Source: Chitinophaga pinensis
GTDB taxonomy: Bacteria > Bacteroidota > Bacteroidia > NS11-12g > UBA955
Direction of reading: 5' to 3'
Length of the DNA: 64,000 bases
Assembly (NCBI GenBank): GCA_945871905.1
Contig: CAMBXL010000002.1
Span: 134,936-198,935 of the forward strand
The notes under the pieces are model-generated. The model saw only the letters and a list, made by a program, of their open reading frames with translations, did no database searches and was not told the DNA's origin. Positions within the stretch are counted from its first letter, which is position 1; each line of letters starts with the position of its first letter. The translations under genes were made by a program, and so were the position numbers. Positions 10,157-20,598 of this stretch are shown here, piece after piece.

Positions 10157-11206
10157 TTAAACGATGAGGGATGGACCAGTCCCAATTTTATTGTCGTAAA
10201 ACAAACCATTTTCGCAATGTTGCACCAATTCATTGGCAATGAAATTCTGCACGTTTGTTTTCTCCATTTCGGGATATAACAAATGCACATTGGCACCAGC
10301 ATCTAGAGTAAACATGACATTCACAGCTGTTTGATTTCTGTAGTCTATTACCTTTTCAATAATTTGCAAAGTTTGCGGTTTCATCAAAATAAAAGGAGTT
10401 GGTGAACTCATCATTAAAGAGTGTAACATTAAGGCTTCAGATTCTACCAATTGAATAAATGCAGACATGTCTCCACTCTTCAAAATAGTCATTAACAAAT
10501 CAATATTTTGATAGGCCGTTTCGTATCTTTTTTCAGCAAAGGGGTGTTGTTTTAAAAGCGCATGTCCCATAGTACTCGAAACTGCTTTTTTCCCTTTTTC
10601 AACGATTAAAATACTGTCCATGATGTTTTTAAAATGTGGATGTACTTCAGTGTCTATATTCACCGCATATTCATCATGACTTCCTGCTATACTTTTACTC
10701 TCTCCCCAAGCGTTGTAACCACCATAAACACTGCGACAAGCACTACCCGATCCTATTCTTGCCCAATAAGAAGCCGTTTGGAAAAAGTGAGGCAAAGATT
10801 CGCCTGTTATGGCTTCGTGCAATGTACATAAATTTAAAGCTAAAGCACTGTATGCAGAGGCCGAAGATGCTATACCACTGCTGTGTGGAAAGGTATTGCT
10901 AGAATGAATAATTACATGGTAATGTTGCAACCATTTAAAATAAGATTGTGCATGGATTAAAAAAGGTTTTAACTTTTCCTCAAAACTGGGATTTTTGGTA
11001 TCTTCAAAATAGAAATCAAAGCTCAATTCGTTTTGATTCTCATCATAAATAGCCTGCATGCTGGTATCGCTTATAGCCTTATCTAGGGTAATACTAATGG
11101 AGGGATTACAAGGAATCTGCAGTCCTTTTTTACCCCAATATTTCACTAAGGCTATATTTGACGGGCTTTGCCATCTGCTTACTACTTCTATTTTTTGATA
11201 ATTCAT
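10157..11206 (-). CDS. mvaD: Diphosphomevalonate decarboxylase
   Basis: SPSNIALVKYWGK, NTFPHSSGIASSAS, RIGSGSACRS, TLDAGANVH. Confidence 0.93.
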   Translation of the reverse strand: MNYQKIEVVSRWQSPSNIALVKYWGKKGLQIPCNPSISITLDKAISDTSMQAIYDENQNELSFDFYFEDTKNPSFEEKLKPFLIHAQSYFKWLQHYHVIIHSSNTFPHSSGIASSASAYSALALNLCTLHEAITGESLPHFFQTASYWARIGSGSACRSVYGGYNAWGESKSIAGSHDEYAVNIDTEVHPHFKNIMDSILIVEKGKKAVSSTMGHALLKQHPFAEKRYETAYQNIDLLMTILKSGDMSAFIQLVESEALMLHSLMMSSPTPFILMKPQTLQIIEKVIDYRNQTAVNVMFTLDAGANVHLLYPEMEKTNVQNFIANELVQHCENGLFYDNKIGTGPSLIV

Positions 11207-12108
11207 TCTTTAATCAGTTCTTGGTAGGTGTATATTTTATGAAACCCTTTTTGCTTAAAATAGTTTTCGGTATTGTCGCCTGTTGCTAAAATGTAATCGC
11301 CACCCCAAGCGCCCAAACTTTTGATACTTCCTTTAAAATCGGGGAACAATTCTTGTTTAATGGTTGGTCGGTTCAGTAGGCGTGACGTTTCACTTTCAGC
11401 CAATTCAAGCATCAAGCAAAATTCATAATAATCTTCATTGGCAGCTATTAGTTTGCTAATGTTAGAAATTTGTGCAATTTGATTTTTATCTATGGGATGT
11501 TGAATAGCAGACAATTGATTTCTACTGATTTGTTTTTTATTGAGATAAACAAAAAACAACTTATTGGTAAAGTTTTTTTGCCAATTAACAATTTCAACAA
11601 GCGGTTGATTGCCATTCATGGTGTATAAAAGCGGCTGACCATTTAATGCCACTGCTACATCAAAACCGCTTCCTTTAAAAGCGTTAAAATGCAATGAAAA
11701 TGGATTAACATCGGCCCAAAGTGCGATGTTATTTGTTAATGTAGAACTACTTCCAAAACCATCGTCTTTATCAAATTCCAAATAATTATTCACTATATAA
11801 ATCCCTTTTTCTGAGAGAAAATCCGGGTTTAAAACTTGGGCATTTTTTAAAAAACGAAATAATTGTATGGAGACGTCATTGGAATTGGTTTGGGTTACAA
11901 AAAAGTGGGGTAATTGAATCTCAGCAAAATACCATTCGTTCATGCTTGAATCGTAACTGTGCCATTGGATACAATGTTGCTCCTCGGAAGGTGTAAAAGC
12001 AACTTCCATTTTCTGCCCTAACTTAGTAGGCAAAGCAAAACATGTAGCACCATAAAGCACCGCATATTCCCCCGAAAGCATTATTTTACCATGACTGTAA
12101 AACTCCAT
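11203..12108 (-). CDS. GYDIA-family GHMP kinase (second mevalonate-pathway kinase)
   Basis: HGKIMLSGEYAVL, GFGSSST, GSGFDVA (GYDIA variant), KSLGAWGGD; overlaps mvaD by 4 nt. Confidence 0.85.
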   Translation of the reverse strand: MEFYSHGKIMLSGEYAVLYGATCFALPTKLGQKMEVAFTPSEEQHCIQWHSYDSSMNEWYFAEIQLPHFFVTQTNSNDVSIQLFRFLKNAQVLNPDFLSEKGIYIVNNYLEFDKDDGFGSSSTLTNNIALWADVNPFSLHFNAFKGSGFDVAVALNGQPLLYTMNGNQPLVEIVNWQKNFTNKLFFVYLNKKQISRNQLSAIQHPIDKNQIAQISNISKLIAANEDYYEFCLMLELAESETSRLLNRPTIKQELFPDFKGSIKSLGAWGGDYILATGDNTENYFKQKGFHKIYTYQELIKE

Positions 12109-12162
12109 TGAACGTGCAAAAATAATGATTTAAGTGAGGTTAAGCAAATTGGTTGGATTGCA

Positions 12163-12233
12163 GGAATGAGGAATTAGGATTTAGGGCTTAGGAATTAGCC
12201 GTGCCTAGGCTAAGCCTAGGGAATAAGGATTAA
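12163..12233. repeat. Degenerate 7-bp tandem repeat (GGAATTA) interrupted by a 17-bp palindrome
   Basis: ggaatga ggaatta ggattta gggctta ggaatta, then CCTAGGCT-A-AGCCTAGG (12204-12220), then ggaataa ggattaa. Confidence 0.7.
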
Positions 12234-12292
12234 TGGATATTTGTGCAAGATGCAAAGCATTGAATCACTAGCAAGATGCTAGAAACACTTAA

Positions 12293-13627
12293 CTAACAGC
12301 TCTTAACTTCGCCCCTAATTGTCTTAAAAATATTCACCACAGCACTGTAACTTACTATATTGTGTTTGAAGTGTTCTACTATTTTTACTTTTTCCTCTTC
12401 TGTGGCTTCCAACTGGTTGAGAATGTTTAACAAGTGCATTTTCATGTGCCCTTTTTGTATCCCTGAGGTTACTAAAGAACGTAAAGCTGAAAAGTTTTGT
12501 GCTAAACCAACAACAGCGGTAATTCGCATTAATTCTTGCGCATTGGGATTGCCTAACATTCTATAAGCGAATTTTACCATGGGGTGTAAATTGGTTAATC
12601 CACCCACAGTACCTAATGCCAAAGGAATGTCTAACCAAAAACGAAAAATACCATCTTTTACTTCTGCATGGGTTAAACTGCTATAGCTTCCTGAACGTGA
12701 AGCGTAGGTGTGTGCTGAAGCTTCTACCGCTCTGAAATCATTGCCTGTAGCCAATACCACACTGTCTATACCATTCATAATGCCTTTGTTATGTGTGGTG
12801 GCACGGTAGGGTTCTATTTCTGCTATTCTTACGGCTCTGCAAAACTTCTCTGTAAAGTACTCCCCTGTCATGTCATCTCCACTTTCTGTCATCTCAGAAA
12901 CCGGTGCTGAAACTTCTGCCCTTACAATACAATTAGGCGTGTAATTGCTCAAAATACACATAATGACTTCAATATTTCTATTTTCCTCTTTTAAGTCAAT
13001 GGCATGAACAATTTCTTCTTTTAAAATCTTTGAGAACTCTTCTAACACTGAATTAATGAAATTAGCCCCCATACTGTCGCAGGTTTCAAAAGTGGCTTTC
13101 AGTTGGTAGTAATGAGGTTCTTTATCCGTTTGATTGATGAGTTCCAAATTCAAAATACCTCCACCACGTTGTTGCATGTTTTTGGTAATATGATTGGTAT
13201 TGGCAATTAACGTTGGCTTTACTGACTCAAAGAAATTGAATAAATCTGTAGGATTTTCGCCTTTCCAAATAAAGTGAACGTGACCTATTTTTTCGGTACT
13301 GATAATTTGTGTACGAAAACCGCCTCTGTTCAACCAAAAATTGGCCGACTTGGCTGCTGCTGCCACCACAGAACTTTCTTCGATAGCCATGGGCACACAA
13401 TACATTTTATTGTCAATTAAAAAATTGGGAGCTATTCCGAAAGGCAAGTAAAAATTGGTAATGGTATTTTCAATAAACTCATCGTGCAATTTTTGAGTTG
13501 GTGCATCAGGATGCCAATATGATTTCAAAAAAGAAATGGCTTGTTCGTCACCATTCAAATAGTTGGCAACAATCCACTCAATTTTTGCTTCTTTACTTAG
13601 TTTAGAAAATCCTTTAATTACAGTCAT
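12293..13627 (-). CDS. mvaA: Hydroxymethylglutaryl-CoA reductase, class II
   Basis: PMAIEESSVVAAA, DSMGANFINS, RATTHNKGIMNG, NDFRAVEA, GIQKGHMKMH. Confidence 0.95.
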   Translation of the reverse strand: MTVIKGFSKLSKEAKIEWIVANYLNGDEQAISFLKSYWHPDAPTQKLHDEFIENTITNFYLPFGIAPNFLIDNKMYCVPMAIEESSVVAAAAKSANFWLNRGGFRTQIISTEKIGHVHFIWKGENPTDLFNFFESVKPTLIANTNHITKNMQQRGGGILNLELINQTDKEPHYYQLKATFETCDSMGANFINSVLEEFSKILKEEIVHAIDLKEENRNIEVIMCILSNYTPNCIVRAEVSAPVSEMTESGDDMTGEYFTEKFCRAVRIAEIEPYRATTHNKGIMNGIDSVVLATGNDFRAVEASAHTYASRSGSYSSLTHAEVKDGIFRFWLDIPLALGTVGGLTNLHPMVKFAYRMLGNPNAQELMRITAVVGLAQNFSALRSLVTSGIQKGHMKMHLLNILNQLEATEEEKVKIVEHFKHNIVSYSAVVNIFKTIRGEVKSC

Positions 13628-13633
13628 TTTGGC

Positions 13634-14641
13634 TTATTTTATTTTTAAATATTGATAACAAGTTTCAAGTCCTTTCTTTTGAAGTTGGCAATAGGTCTGC
13701 AATTCTTCATACTCAGAAGTCGCGTGTTTTAAGAATCCGGATGCTTGGGCATAAATGGCATTCATTTTTGATTTTTTCATCAAATAATAACCATCTAAAT
13801 ATGATTTAATTCCCCCACTAATGATCAACTGTTTGCAAAGCGCTTTTGCACCCAATTCTTGAACAGCTTGGTTGGCAAAATCCACCATTTCTGAAGCGGT
13901 GTGTCCGATATAGGTAATGGGTTGAAGCAATTCTTTGGTTAATTCATTTTGACGGTGAAGTTCTAGTGTTGCAAAGTTAGTCCCTCCAAAAGCACCAAAC
14001 TCAATAGCTTCGATAGGAAGTTGAATTAATTCCATGAGCGATTGTGGACCGAACCCTTGCCCAACTTCTTTCACCATTATTTTATAATTGGCTATATCCA
14101 ACAAACGCTTGATAGTATCGATGGGTGGATTTTTGATAATATCACCTTCAGGTTGCAACCACTCTTGCAATGGATTAACGTGAACAATTAACCCATCGGC
14201 TTGAAGTTTTTTAACTAATTCTTCAATTTTATGGGTTTGTTTGCTTTCCAAAATTTCTTCGATTTGGGCTATACCAAGGTTAGCGAACAGCGGTAAATCA
14301 TTCCCTAGTATGGGGCGGATATTAAAATCATCGAAATAGGTATCACTGTCGAGGATAATTCTGCAACTGCCCAAACCAATACCCATACCAAACTCATTAC
14401 AAGCCTTAGCCAAATTGCGATTGATAATGCCTGCTTGTTGGGTTCCACCAGTCATGCTACTCACCCACAAAGGCAATGAGCATTGTTTCCCAGCTATATT
14501 ACTCACAGGAATGGCGTTATTATGAGGGTGTGAAGCTAAAAAAGGTTCGTAATAAAAACGAGTATCATTTTGCAGCGTTTGAGATATGAGCGCTAACTCA
14601 ATGTGGTCTTTTTTGCGTTCAGAGGTTTGTTGCGTATCCAA
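13634..14641 (-). CDS. fni: Type 2 (FMN-dependent) isopentenyl-diphosphate delta-isomerase
   Basis: RKKDHI, SSMTGG, HVNPLQEWLQPEGD, VKEVGQG, GGTNF; TTG start. Confidence 0.93.
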   Translation of the reverse strand: MDTQQTSERKKDHIELALISQTLQNDTRFYYEPFLASHPHNNAIPVSNIAGKQCSLPLWVSSMTGGTQQAGIINRNLAKACNEFGMGIGLGSCRIILDSDTYFDDFNIRPILGNDLPLFANLGIAQIEEILESKQTHKIEELVKKLQADGLIVHVNPLQEWLQPEGDIIKNPPIDTIKRLLDIANYKIMVKEVGQGFGPQSLMELIQLPIEAIEFGAFGGTNFATLELHRQNELTKELLQPITYIGHTASEMVDFANQAVQELGAKALCKQLIISGGIKSYLDGYYLMKKSKMNAIYAQASGFLKHATSEYEELQTYCQLQKKGLETCYQYLKIK

Positions 14642-14669
14642 AACTTATTGATAAATAAATATTTAACCA

Positions 14670-14677
14670 CAAAGTTA
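14670..14677 (-). promoter_or_regulatory. -7 promoter box (TAACTTTG) for fni-mvaA
   Basis: TAnnTTTG on the minus strand about 28 nt before the fni start. Confidence 0.6.
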
Positions 14678-14879
14678 AGATTTTGTTTGATATAATTGAT
14701 TTTTTAGCCTTTTTATAATGGTTTATATGATGAAAAAACTATAATATTGAAATTGTTGTTCACTTCAGTTAGACCGAAAATAAGAATGGTTTGAAGACGT
14801 AATTACACTTTTTCAAAGGAAAAAATGTAATATTTAACACTTTTCTGAAGGAAAGTTGGTTTATAGGATAGACTTCGAC

Positions 14880-14909
14880 AAAAAAAAGCCACATTTTACT
14901 GTGGCTTTT
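14880..14909 (-). terminator. Rho-independent terminator after the M1 aminopeptidase gene
   Basis: Minus strand reads AAAAGCCACA-GTAAAA-TGTGGC-TTTTTTTT. Confidence 0.8.
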
Positions 14910-14935
14910 CAAACTATTTTAAAAAAATCTAATTG

Positions 14936-17377
14936 CTATATAATTACTCCATATTGTTTTAGAGTAGATAATTGTTCTTCATTCAAACCTTCTGTTGCTT
15001 TCTTAATCATTTCAAGATTTTCTGACTTTTTACTCATGTTTTTTAGATAGTTGGCGCATGGACCTGCCAATCTTGAATTGTAAGTCAATACTGCATCTAT
15101 CAAATGATTAACTACGACTTGATTACAAATCCCTAATCTATTTAAAGCCCCACCTGCCGCAACACGTGTTCTAAATTCGTAATTGGCGCTTATTAATGTG
15201 GTTAAAGATTCTTGGAATACTTCTCTGCTTTTGTCTCCTTCGTTTAATTTATAAGCATGTTCGAGCCATTTAACTCTTACATTGTTATTTTGACCAGAAA
15301 TAGTTGAAGTAATAGATAAATATCTTTTTTTGTCTTTTTCACTAATTGCTTTACTTTTCATTAATTTATCCAAAGCATTTTCAACTACAGAATAAGCACT
15401 ATCCATTAACAACATTTCAAAAATTTCCTTTGTCTCAACAACATTAGTATCTGCTTGGATAAAGGCATTTTTAACTTCTGCTTTACTATCCTTAACTATG
15501 TTTTTATACCATTTATTTAATGCTTTTTGATTGGCCAATTGTTTTGCAATTTCTGCTCTAATGGCATGGTGTTTTTCTGCTGCAAATCTTGCTTGTAAAA
15601 GTGCTTGTTTGTCTTTCAGTGGAATGTCTTTCATGGCTAAAATAGCATCATAACGGTCAATCATATAAGTTGCTTTTGCAGCCTGAGCAAACAATTCATC
15701 ATTGTATTTTTTGAACGTCATTTTTTTCATCACATTACTTCTTTCATCAAACAATACAAAATCAATAATATCTGAAGCAGGATGTTTTACAGCAATGTTT
15801 TGAAGGGCACTGTCAGCTACCCAAATAGTGGTTCTGTGAATACTTCCATTTTTGTAATATATAGCAACATCCACAGGTGTTTTAAAATAACGAACATGCC
15901 CATCCGTTTGGTGAACTTGTTTGATTTCAAAATTTACAGTTTGTTTGTTGGCCACATAACTTACTTCAAAATGCGGTTCGCCACCTCTGTGAATCCATTG
16001 GTCAAAAAACCAATCGTAATTCATCCCTAATTTATCTTTTAGTGCTTTTTGGAAATCCCAAGATTCCACATTTTTAAATCCATTAACGGTTAAGTAATGT
16101 TGTATAAAACGTTTGAAATTATCATCACCTAATTGGTGTCTCAACATACTCAAAACCGCACTTCCTTTAGGATACAAGCGAGTCGTTCCCCCTTTGGTAT
16201 GTCTTACTGGAAAATGATCTTTCTCACTTTGTGCTAAAGCCGAATTGTGTTCACCTCTAACCCCCCATTGGTATGCATCATCCCCTTCCAATTCTTTGAA
16301 AAATAATTTAGGATAAAAAGTAGCAAAACTTTCTTGCAACCACACATCACTTCCACCACGGGCTGTAATTAAATCGCCAAACCATTGGTGGGTAAGTTCA
16401 TGGTGATTAACGCCCATGTAATTTCTGTCTTTAAAACCGCGGGCATCAGTTGTAAAAAAATCTCCAAAAATAGTAGCAGAAGTATTTTCCATAGCTCCGT
16501 ATAAGAAATTTTGAACCATTACTTGAGAATAAGAACCCCAAGCATAAGGGGTACCGGTTTCATCTTCCAAATGTTCTATCATTTTTTCAGTGTGTAAACT
16601 GGTGTAATGAACACGGTCTTTAAATTCAGGGTAATACCAAAACTGAACTGGCGTTCCACGCTTGGTAGTGGTGGCTTTAATTTCATAGTTACCTATAGCC
16701 AACATCAACAAGTAGCCTGCATGTGGCTTTTCCATTGCATAATGCCAAGTTGATGTTCCATTGCCATTGTCTTTTACTGAAACTTGTTTCCCGTTTGACA
16801 ACACTTTGAATGGATTAGCCATAGTTGTTACTGTTTCAGTTATAAATTTATCGCCCATGTCGTCGTACATTGGTATCCAATGTCTGTTATCAATACCTTG
16901 ACCTTGAGTCCATATTTGTTTACGGATATAATTAATATCAGGCGTTGCTGTATTTTCTGGCTGATTCCAACCAATAAAATAAATTCCTTTTTTGGGTTTG
17001 GCAGTGTATGTAAATGTAATTTGGTGTTTTTCATCCCAATTTAAAGCCTTAGCAAACTTAACAACCACCCCTTCTTTATTAGAATAAAAACTAAGTGGTG
17101 TGTTATCGATAGTAGCGGTTAATATTTGTATACTTGGGGCATTAAAAAACAGAGTATCTATGCCATTTTGTAAAGTTGTGAATTGGTGCGTTACTTTTCC
17201 ATTGACCTGTGCAAGGGTTGGTTCAAAACTCACTTCCACACGCATGTGAGTAATATCAACACTGTGATTGCGTTCTGCCGCATCAGGATCAGCAAGATAA
17301 TGAATGTGTGGCACATCGGATTGCGCCATTGCTGTAACAGAAAAAATTGAAAGAATGATTAATAAAAATTTTGCCAT
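14936..17377 (-). CDS. Secreted M1-family aminopeptidase with C-terminal HEAT-like repeats
   Basis: Signal peptide; GAMEN and HELTH-X18-E zinc motifs. Confidence 0.92.
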   Translation of the reverse strand: MAKFLLIILSIFSVTAMAQSDVPHIHYLADPDAAERNHSVDITHMRVEVSFEPTLAQVNGKVTHQFTTLQNGIDTLFFNAPSIQILTATIDNTPLSFYSNKEGVVVKFAKALNWDEKHQITFTYTAKPKKGIYFIGWNQPENTATPDINYIRKQIWTQGQGIDNRHWIPMYDDMGDKFITETVTTMANPFKVLSNGKQVSVKDNGNGTSTWHYAMEKPHAGYLLMLAIGNYEIKATTTKRGTPVQFWYYPEFKDRVHYTSLHTEKMIEHLEDETGTPYAWGSYSQVMVQNFLYGAMENTSATIFGDFFTTDARGFKDRNYMGVNHHELTHQWFGDLITARGGSDVWLQESFATFYPKLFFKELEGDDAYQWGVRGEHNSALAQSEKDHFPVRHTKGGTTRLYPKGSAVLSMLRHQLGDDNFKRFIQHYLTVNGFKNVESWDFQKALKDKLGMNYDWFFDQWIHRGGEPHFEVSYVANKQTVNFEIKQVHQTDGHVRYFKTPVDVAIYYKNGSIHRTTIWVADSALQNIAVKHPASDIIDFVLFDERSNVMKKMTFKKYNDELFAQAAKATYMIDRYDAILAMKDIPLKDKQALLQARFAAEKHHAIRAEIAKQLANQKALNKWYKNIVKDSKAEVKNAFIQADTNVVETKEIFEMLLMDSAYSVVENALDKLMKSKAISEKDKKRYLSITSTISGQNNNVRVKWLEHAYKLNEGDKSREVFQESLTTLISANYEFRTRVAAGGALNRLGICNQVVVNHLIDAVLTYNSRLAGPCANYLKNMSKKSENLEMIKKATEGLNEEQLSTLKQYGVII

Positions 17378-17444
17378 TTATTTGATATGTAAAGGGCAAA
17401 AATAAGGAAATAAATTGAATGGCGAAATTCAGTTAATTTAAGTT

Positions 17445-18023
17445 TTATTTTGCCATCATTTTGGCAATGTATTTGCCCAAAATATCAAACTCAATATTCA
17501 CCAAATCGCCCACTTTTAATTGCTTAAAAACCGTGTTTTCGTAGGTGTAAGGAATTATTGCAACCGAAAATGATTGGTCTTTACTATCTACTACGGTTAA
17601 GCTTGTTCCATTGACACAGATAGAGCCTTTTTCTACAGTGATATAATCGCCCTGATAAGTAAAGGTGTATTTCCAACTGCCATTCTCGTCGAGAATATGA
17701 GTACAAACAGCGGTGGTATCAACATGGCCTTGAACAATATGACCATCAAAGCGACCGTTAGCGGGCATGCATCGCTCCAAATTTACCAAAGTGCCAATTT
17801 GCCAATGTTTAAGATTCGTTTTATCTAAAGTTTCCTTAATAGCAGTCACTTGGTGTTCATGTTGATTGACTTCAATAACTGTTAAACAAACGCCATTGTG
17901 TGCCACACTTTGGTCAATTTTTAGCTCATTACTAAATGACGATTGAACAGTGTAAGTCACGTTATTTTGATGACTATTGATAGCGGAAATGGTTCCTACA
18001 GTTTCTATTATTCCAGTAAACAT
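17445..18023 (-). CDS. ribE: Riboflavin synthase (alpha chain)
   Basis: MFTGIIE N-terminus, NGVCLTV, VNLER, GHIVQGHVD, NGTSLTV. Confidence 0.96.
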   Translation of the reverse strand: MFTGIIETVGTISAINSHQNNVTYTVQSSFSNELKIDQSVAHNGVCLTVIEVNQHEHQVTAIKETLDKTNLKHWQIGTLVNLERCMPANGRFDGHIVQGHVDTTAVCTHILDENGSWKYTFTYQGDYITVEKGSICVNGTSLTVVDSKDQSFSVAIIPYTYENTVFKQLKVGDLVNIEFDILGKYIAKMMAK

Positions 18024-18069
18024 TTAAGAGCAAAATTAATGGATTTAGAGAAACCCTGTGTTATTATTT

Positions 18070-20568
18070 TTAAAAATTAGCAACTAGTCTCACATTCAAC
18101 AACCTTCCCGTTAAATAATTAGGAACCCCTAAGGTATTGTTATTAAAATCCTTAACCCAAATGTAAGAGATGACATTGTTTATTTGCAAAAGATTGTAAA
18201 CATCGACCCCTATCCATAATTTTTCAATGTTTTTAGGTTTTAACTTGGTGCGTTTTCCTCCGATAATCACTTTACTAAACCCTATGTCCACTCTTCTGTA
18301 TGGTGGAATTCGGTATGCTTCGGTATATCGTGCACTTCCTCCCAAATAATAAGGCAAACTTGACCCAAAATTGAGCATTAGGTGCATTCTATAATCGGGA
18401 TTGGTTTTCAATTCGTCTTCAAACATAACAGAGGCACTTACCCTTCGGTCTGTAGGTCGGCGCAGTGAAGCACTTTCGGTAAGCACGCTGTCCTGATTCA
18501 TGTATCTGATTATTTCATCTGTTTTGAGAATACTAAGCGTAAACCAGTTTTCGAGTCCTTTTATAAATTGCCCGTTGATTCTAGCATCAATACCTGTGGC
18601 ATAACCACGGGCCGTGTTATCTCCATAATATCTAATTCTGACATTGTCCAAAACATAAGGGACCATGTAATCCAAATGTTTGTAATATCCTTCGGCAAAA
18701 AACTTAAAGGGTCTACCAAATTTTTTGAATCCAAATTCAATTCCTGCCACAGAGTGAATACTTCTTTGAGCCTTTAGATTGGTATTGACCAAACCATTAA
18801 ACTGACGCATTTCACGGTAAAAAGGTGCTTGGTAATAATAACCAAAAGCCGCTTTAAGTAATAAATTTTTTTTGAAAATGACCATATCTTTACTACTTTC
18901 AGATTGCTTGGCATTGTAAGGTTTATTCGGCTCATAATACAACTGAACACGCGGCGAAAACAGTGATTGTTGATTTAAGCTAGAATACAAAAAACGACCT
19001 CCGCCCACTACAGACCACTGATTGTACTTACCAAAACCTTGATGAAATTGTGTAAATGCAGAATATCTATCATTTGTAATGGTTGTTCTAGAGGCTATAT
19101 ATTCCACTAATTTCACCTCAGTTAATGAAGCAGTAAAAGGATTGATATTGTAGCCACTTGAGTCATTGTAGCGCCATTCTTTAAAACGATCTTGGATAAT
19201 TTCTTTTTGATATTTTACACCCCATAACCATTTGGCGTTGTGACTAAATAATTTAAGTTTTTTGGTGCCTTGTAAACTGGCATTTATAACGCTAAAATTG
19301 AGGTCATTTCGGGCATGATTGATAAAATAACCAAGGCCTAACAAATTTCTTACAGTACCAAAACCAGAGGAACCAATGTTGTTATTTACATCATAAATTT
19401 CATAGGCCCCTTGAATATCAAAATGTTCTTTTTCCGAGGAAGTGTAGGCAGAAACGATGAATTTAATTTCATTTCTGTATTTGTTTTTAACCAATGACAA
19501 AGCACCCATTACACTGTTATAATCCACTATTTCCTGACCATCTAATCCGATTCTTAGACGGAGTGCACTTTGTAACGTTCCGAAAGACGTTTCTTGAAAT
19601 TCGGGTTCAAACCTGAAACGATTTTGGGCATAGTTAACCAAAAACTCCAGACGTGTAAATCGGTTGAAATGATAAGTCATTAGCGATTGTAAGTCACCAA
19701 ATCTGGACAAGTACAAGCCTTGAGCATCCAAAGAGTTCAACACATTTTTATTGGCTCTGTATCGTCCACCTATAAGAAAAGACGCTCTTATTGAATCCTT
19801 ACTACCTACTTTTTTCTTAGCTTTCAATATGCCTTCCGTATAAAAAGAAGACCCTAAAATTCCTACTTGGAAACCCGAGGCAAACTTAGTAGGAGAGCGA
19901 TAACCGACATCAAGCACAGAAGAAAGTTTGTCTCCATATTTGGCTTCGAAACCACCGGCAGAAAAAACCAAATTATTAACCATATCAGGATTTACAAAAC
20001 TTAAACCCTCTTGTTGTCCGCTTCTAACCAATTGTGGTCGATATACCTCAACATCGTTGACATAGATTAAATTTTCATCATAGCTACCTCCCCTTACGTT
20101 GTATTGTGAGCTCAATTCGTTTCCAGAGGATACTCCAGGTAAAGATTTTACATAATCCAAAAAATCACCCGTTATACTTGGGCGCGAATCCATGGGTTTT
20201 ATGATTAAAATAGTACCATTTACCTCCTCTTTTCTTACCGATTTGGTAAACCCACTGATTTCGACGGTATCAGAACCCATTACAATATTCAGTTCAAAAT
20301 TTTCATCAGAATACAGTTTTGGAATGTTACTAAGTTTGTCATTATATCCCATTAATTCAAACTTTAGCGTGTTTTTTTTACCCAATTGATAGGGAATTTT
20401 ATAGGCTCCAGAGCTATCAGAAAAAACAACCGACTGACTACTTAAATTAGTAATTTTTACGCCAGATAATTTTTGATTTCTTGCATTAAAAACTTTACCA
20501 AAAATGTTAGATTGGGCATTGCTAGTAATGGCAAAAAACAAAAAAATATTAATTATCCAGAGTTTCAA
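18070..20568 (-). CDS. TonB-dependent receptor with N-terminal carboxypeptidase-regulatory-like domain
   Basis: Signal peptide; plug motif LPGVSSGNELSSQYNVRGGSYDENL; GGFEAKYGDKLSSVLD; C-terminal Phe. Confidence 0.88.
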   Translation of the reverse strand: MKLWIINIFLFFAITSNAQSNIFGKVFNARNQKLSGVKITNLSSQSVVFSDSSGAYKIPYQLGKKNTLKFELMGYNDKLSNIPKLYSDENFELNIVMGSDTVEISGFTKSVRKEEVNGTILIIKPMDSRPSITGDFLDYVKSLPGVSSGNELSSQYNVRGGSYDENLIYVNDVEVYRPQLVRSGQQEGLSFVNPDMVNNLVFSAGGFEAKYGDKLSSVLDVGYRSPTKFASGFQVGILGSSFYTEGILKAKKKVGSKDSIRASFLIGGRYRANKNVLNSLDAQGLYLSRFGDLQSLMTYHFNRFTRLEFLVNYAQNRFRFEPEFQETSFGTLQSALRLRIGLDGQEIVDYNSVMGALSLVKNKYRNEIKFIVSAYTSSEKEHFDIQGAYEIYDVNNNIGSSGFGTVRNLLGLGYFINHARNDLNFSVINASLQGTKKLKLFSHNAKWLWGVKYQKEIIQDRFKEWRYNDSSGYNINPFTASLTEVKLVEYIASRTTITNDRYSAFTQFHQGFGKYNQWSVVGGGRFLYSSLNQQSLFSPRVQLYYEPNKPYNAKQSESSKDMVIFKKNLLLKAAFGYYYQAPFYREMRQFNGLVNTNLKAQRSIHSVAGIEFGFKKFGRPFKFFAEGYYKHLDYMVPYVLDNVRIRYYGDNTARGYATGIDARINGQFIKGLENWFTLSILKTDEIIRYMNQDSVLTESASLRRPTDRRVSASVMFEDELKTNPDYRMHLMLNFGSSLPYYLGGSARYTEAYRIPPYRRVDIGFSKVIIGGKRTKLKPKNIEKLWIGVDVYNLLQINNVISYIWVKDFNNNTLGVPNYLTGRLLNVRLVANF

Positions 20569-20598
20569 AATTATGCTTTTAACGAAGGTAATTACAAA

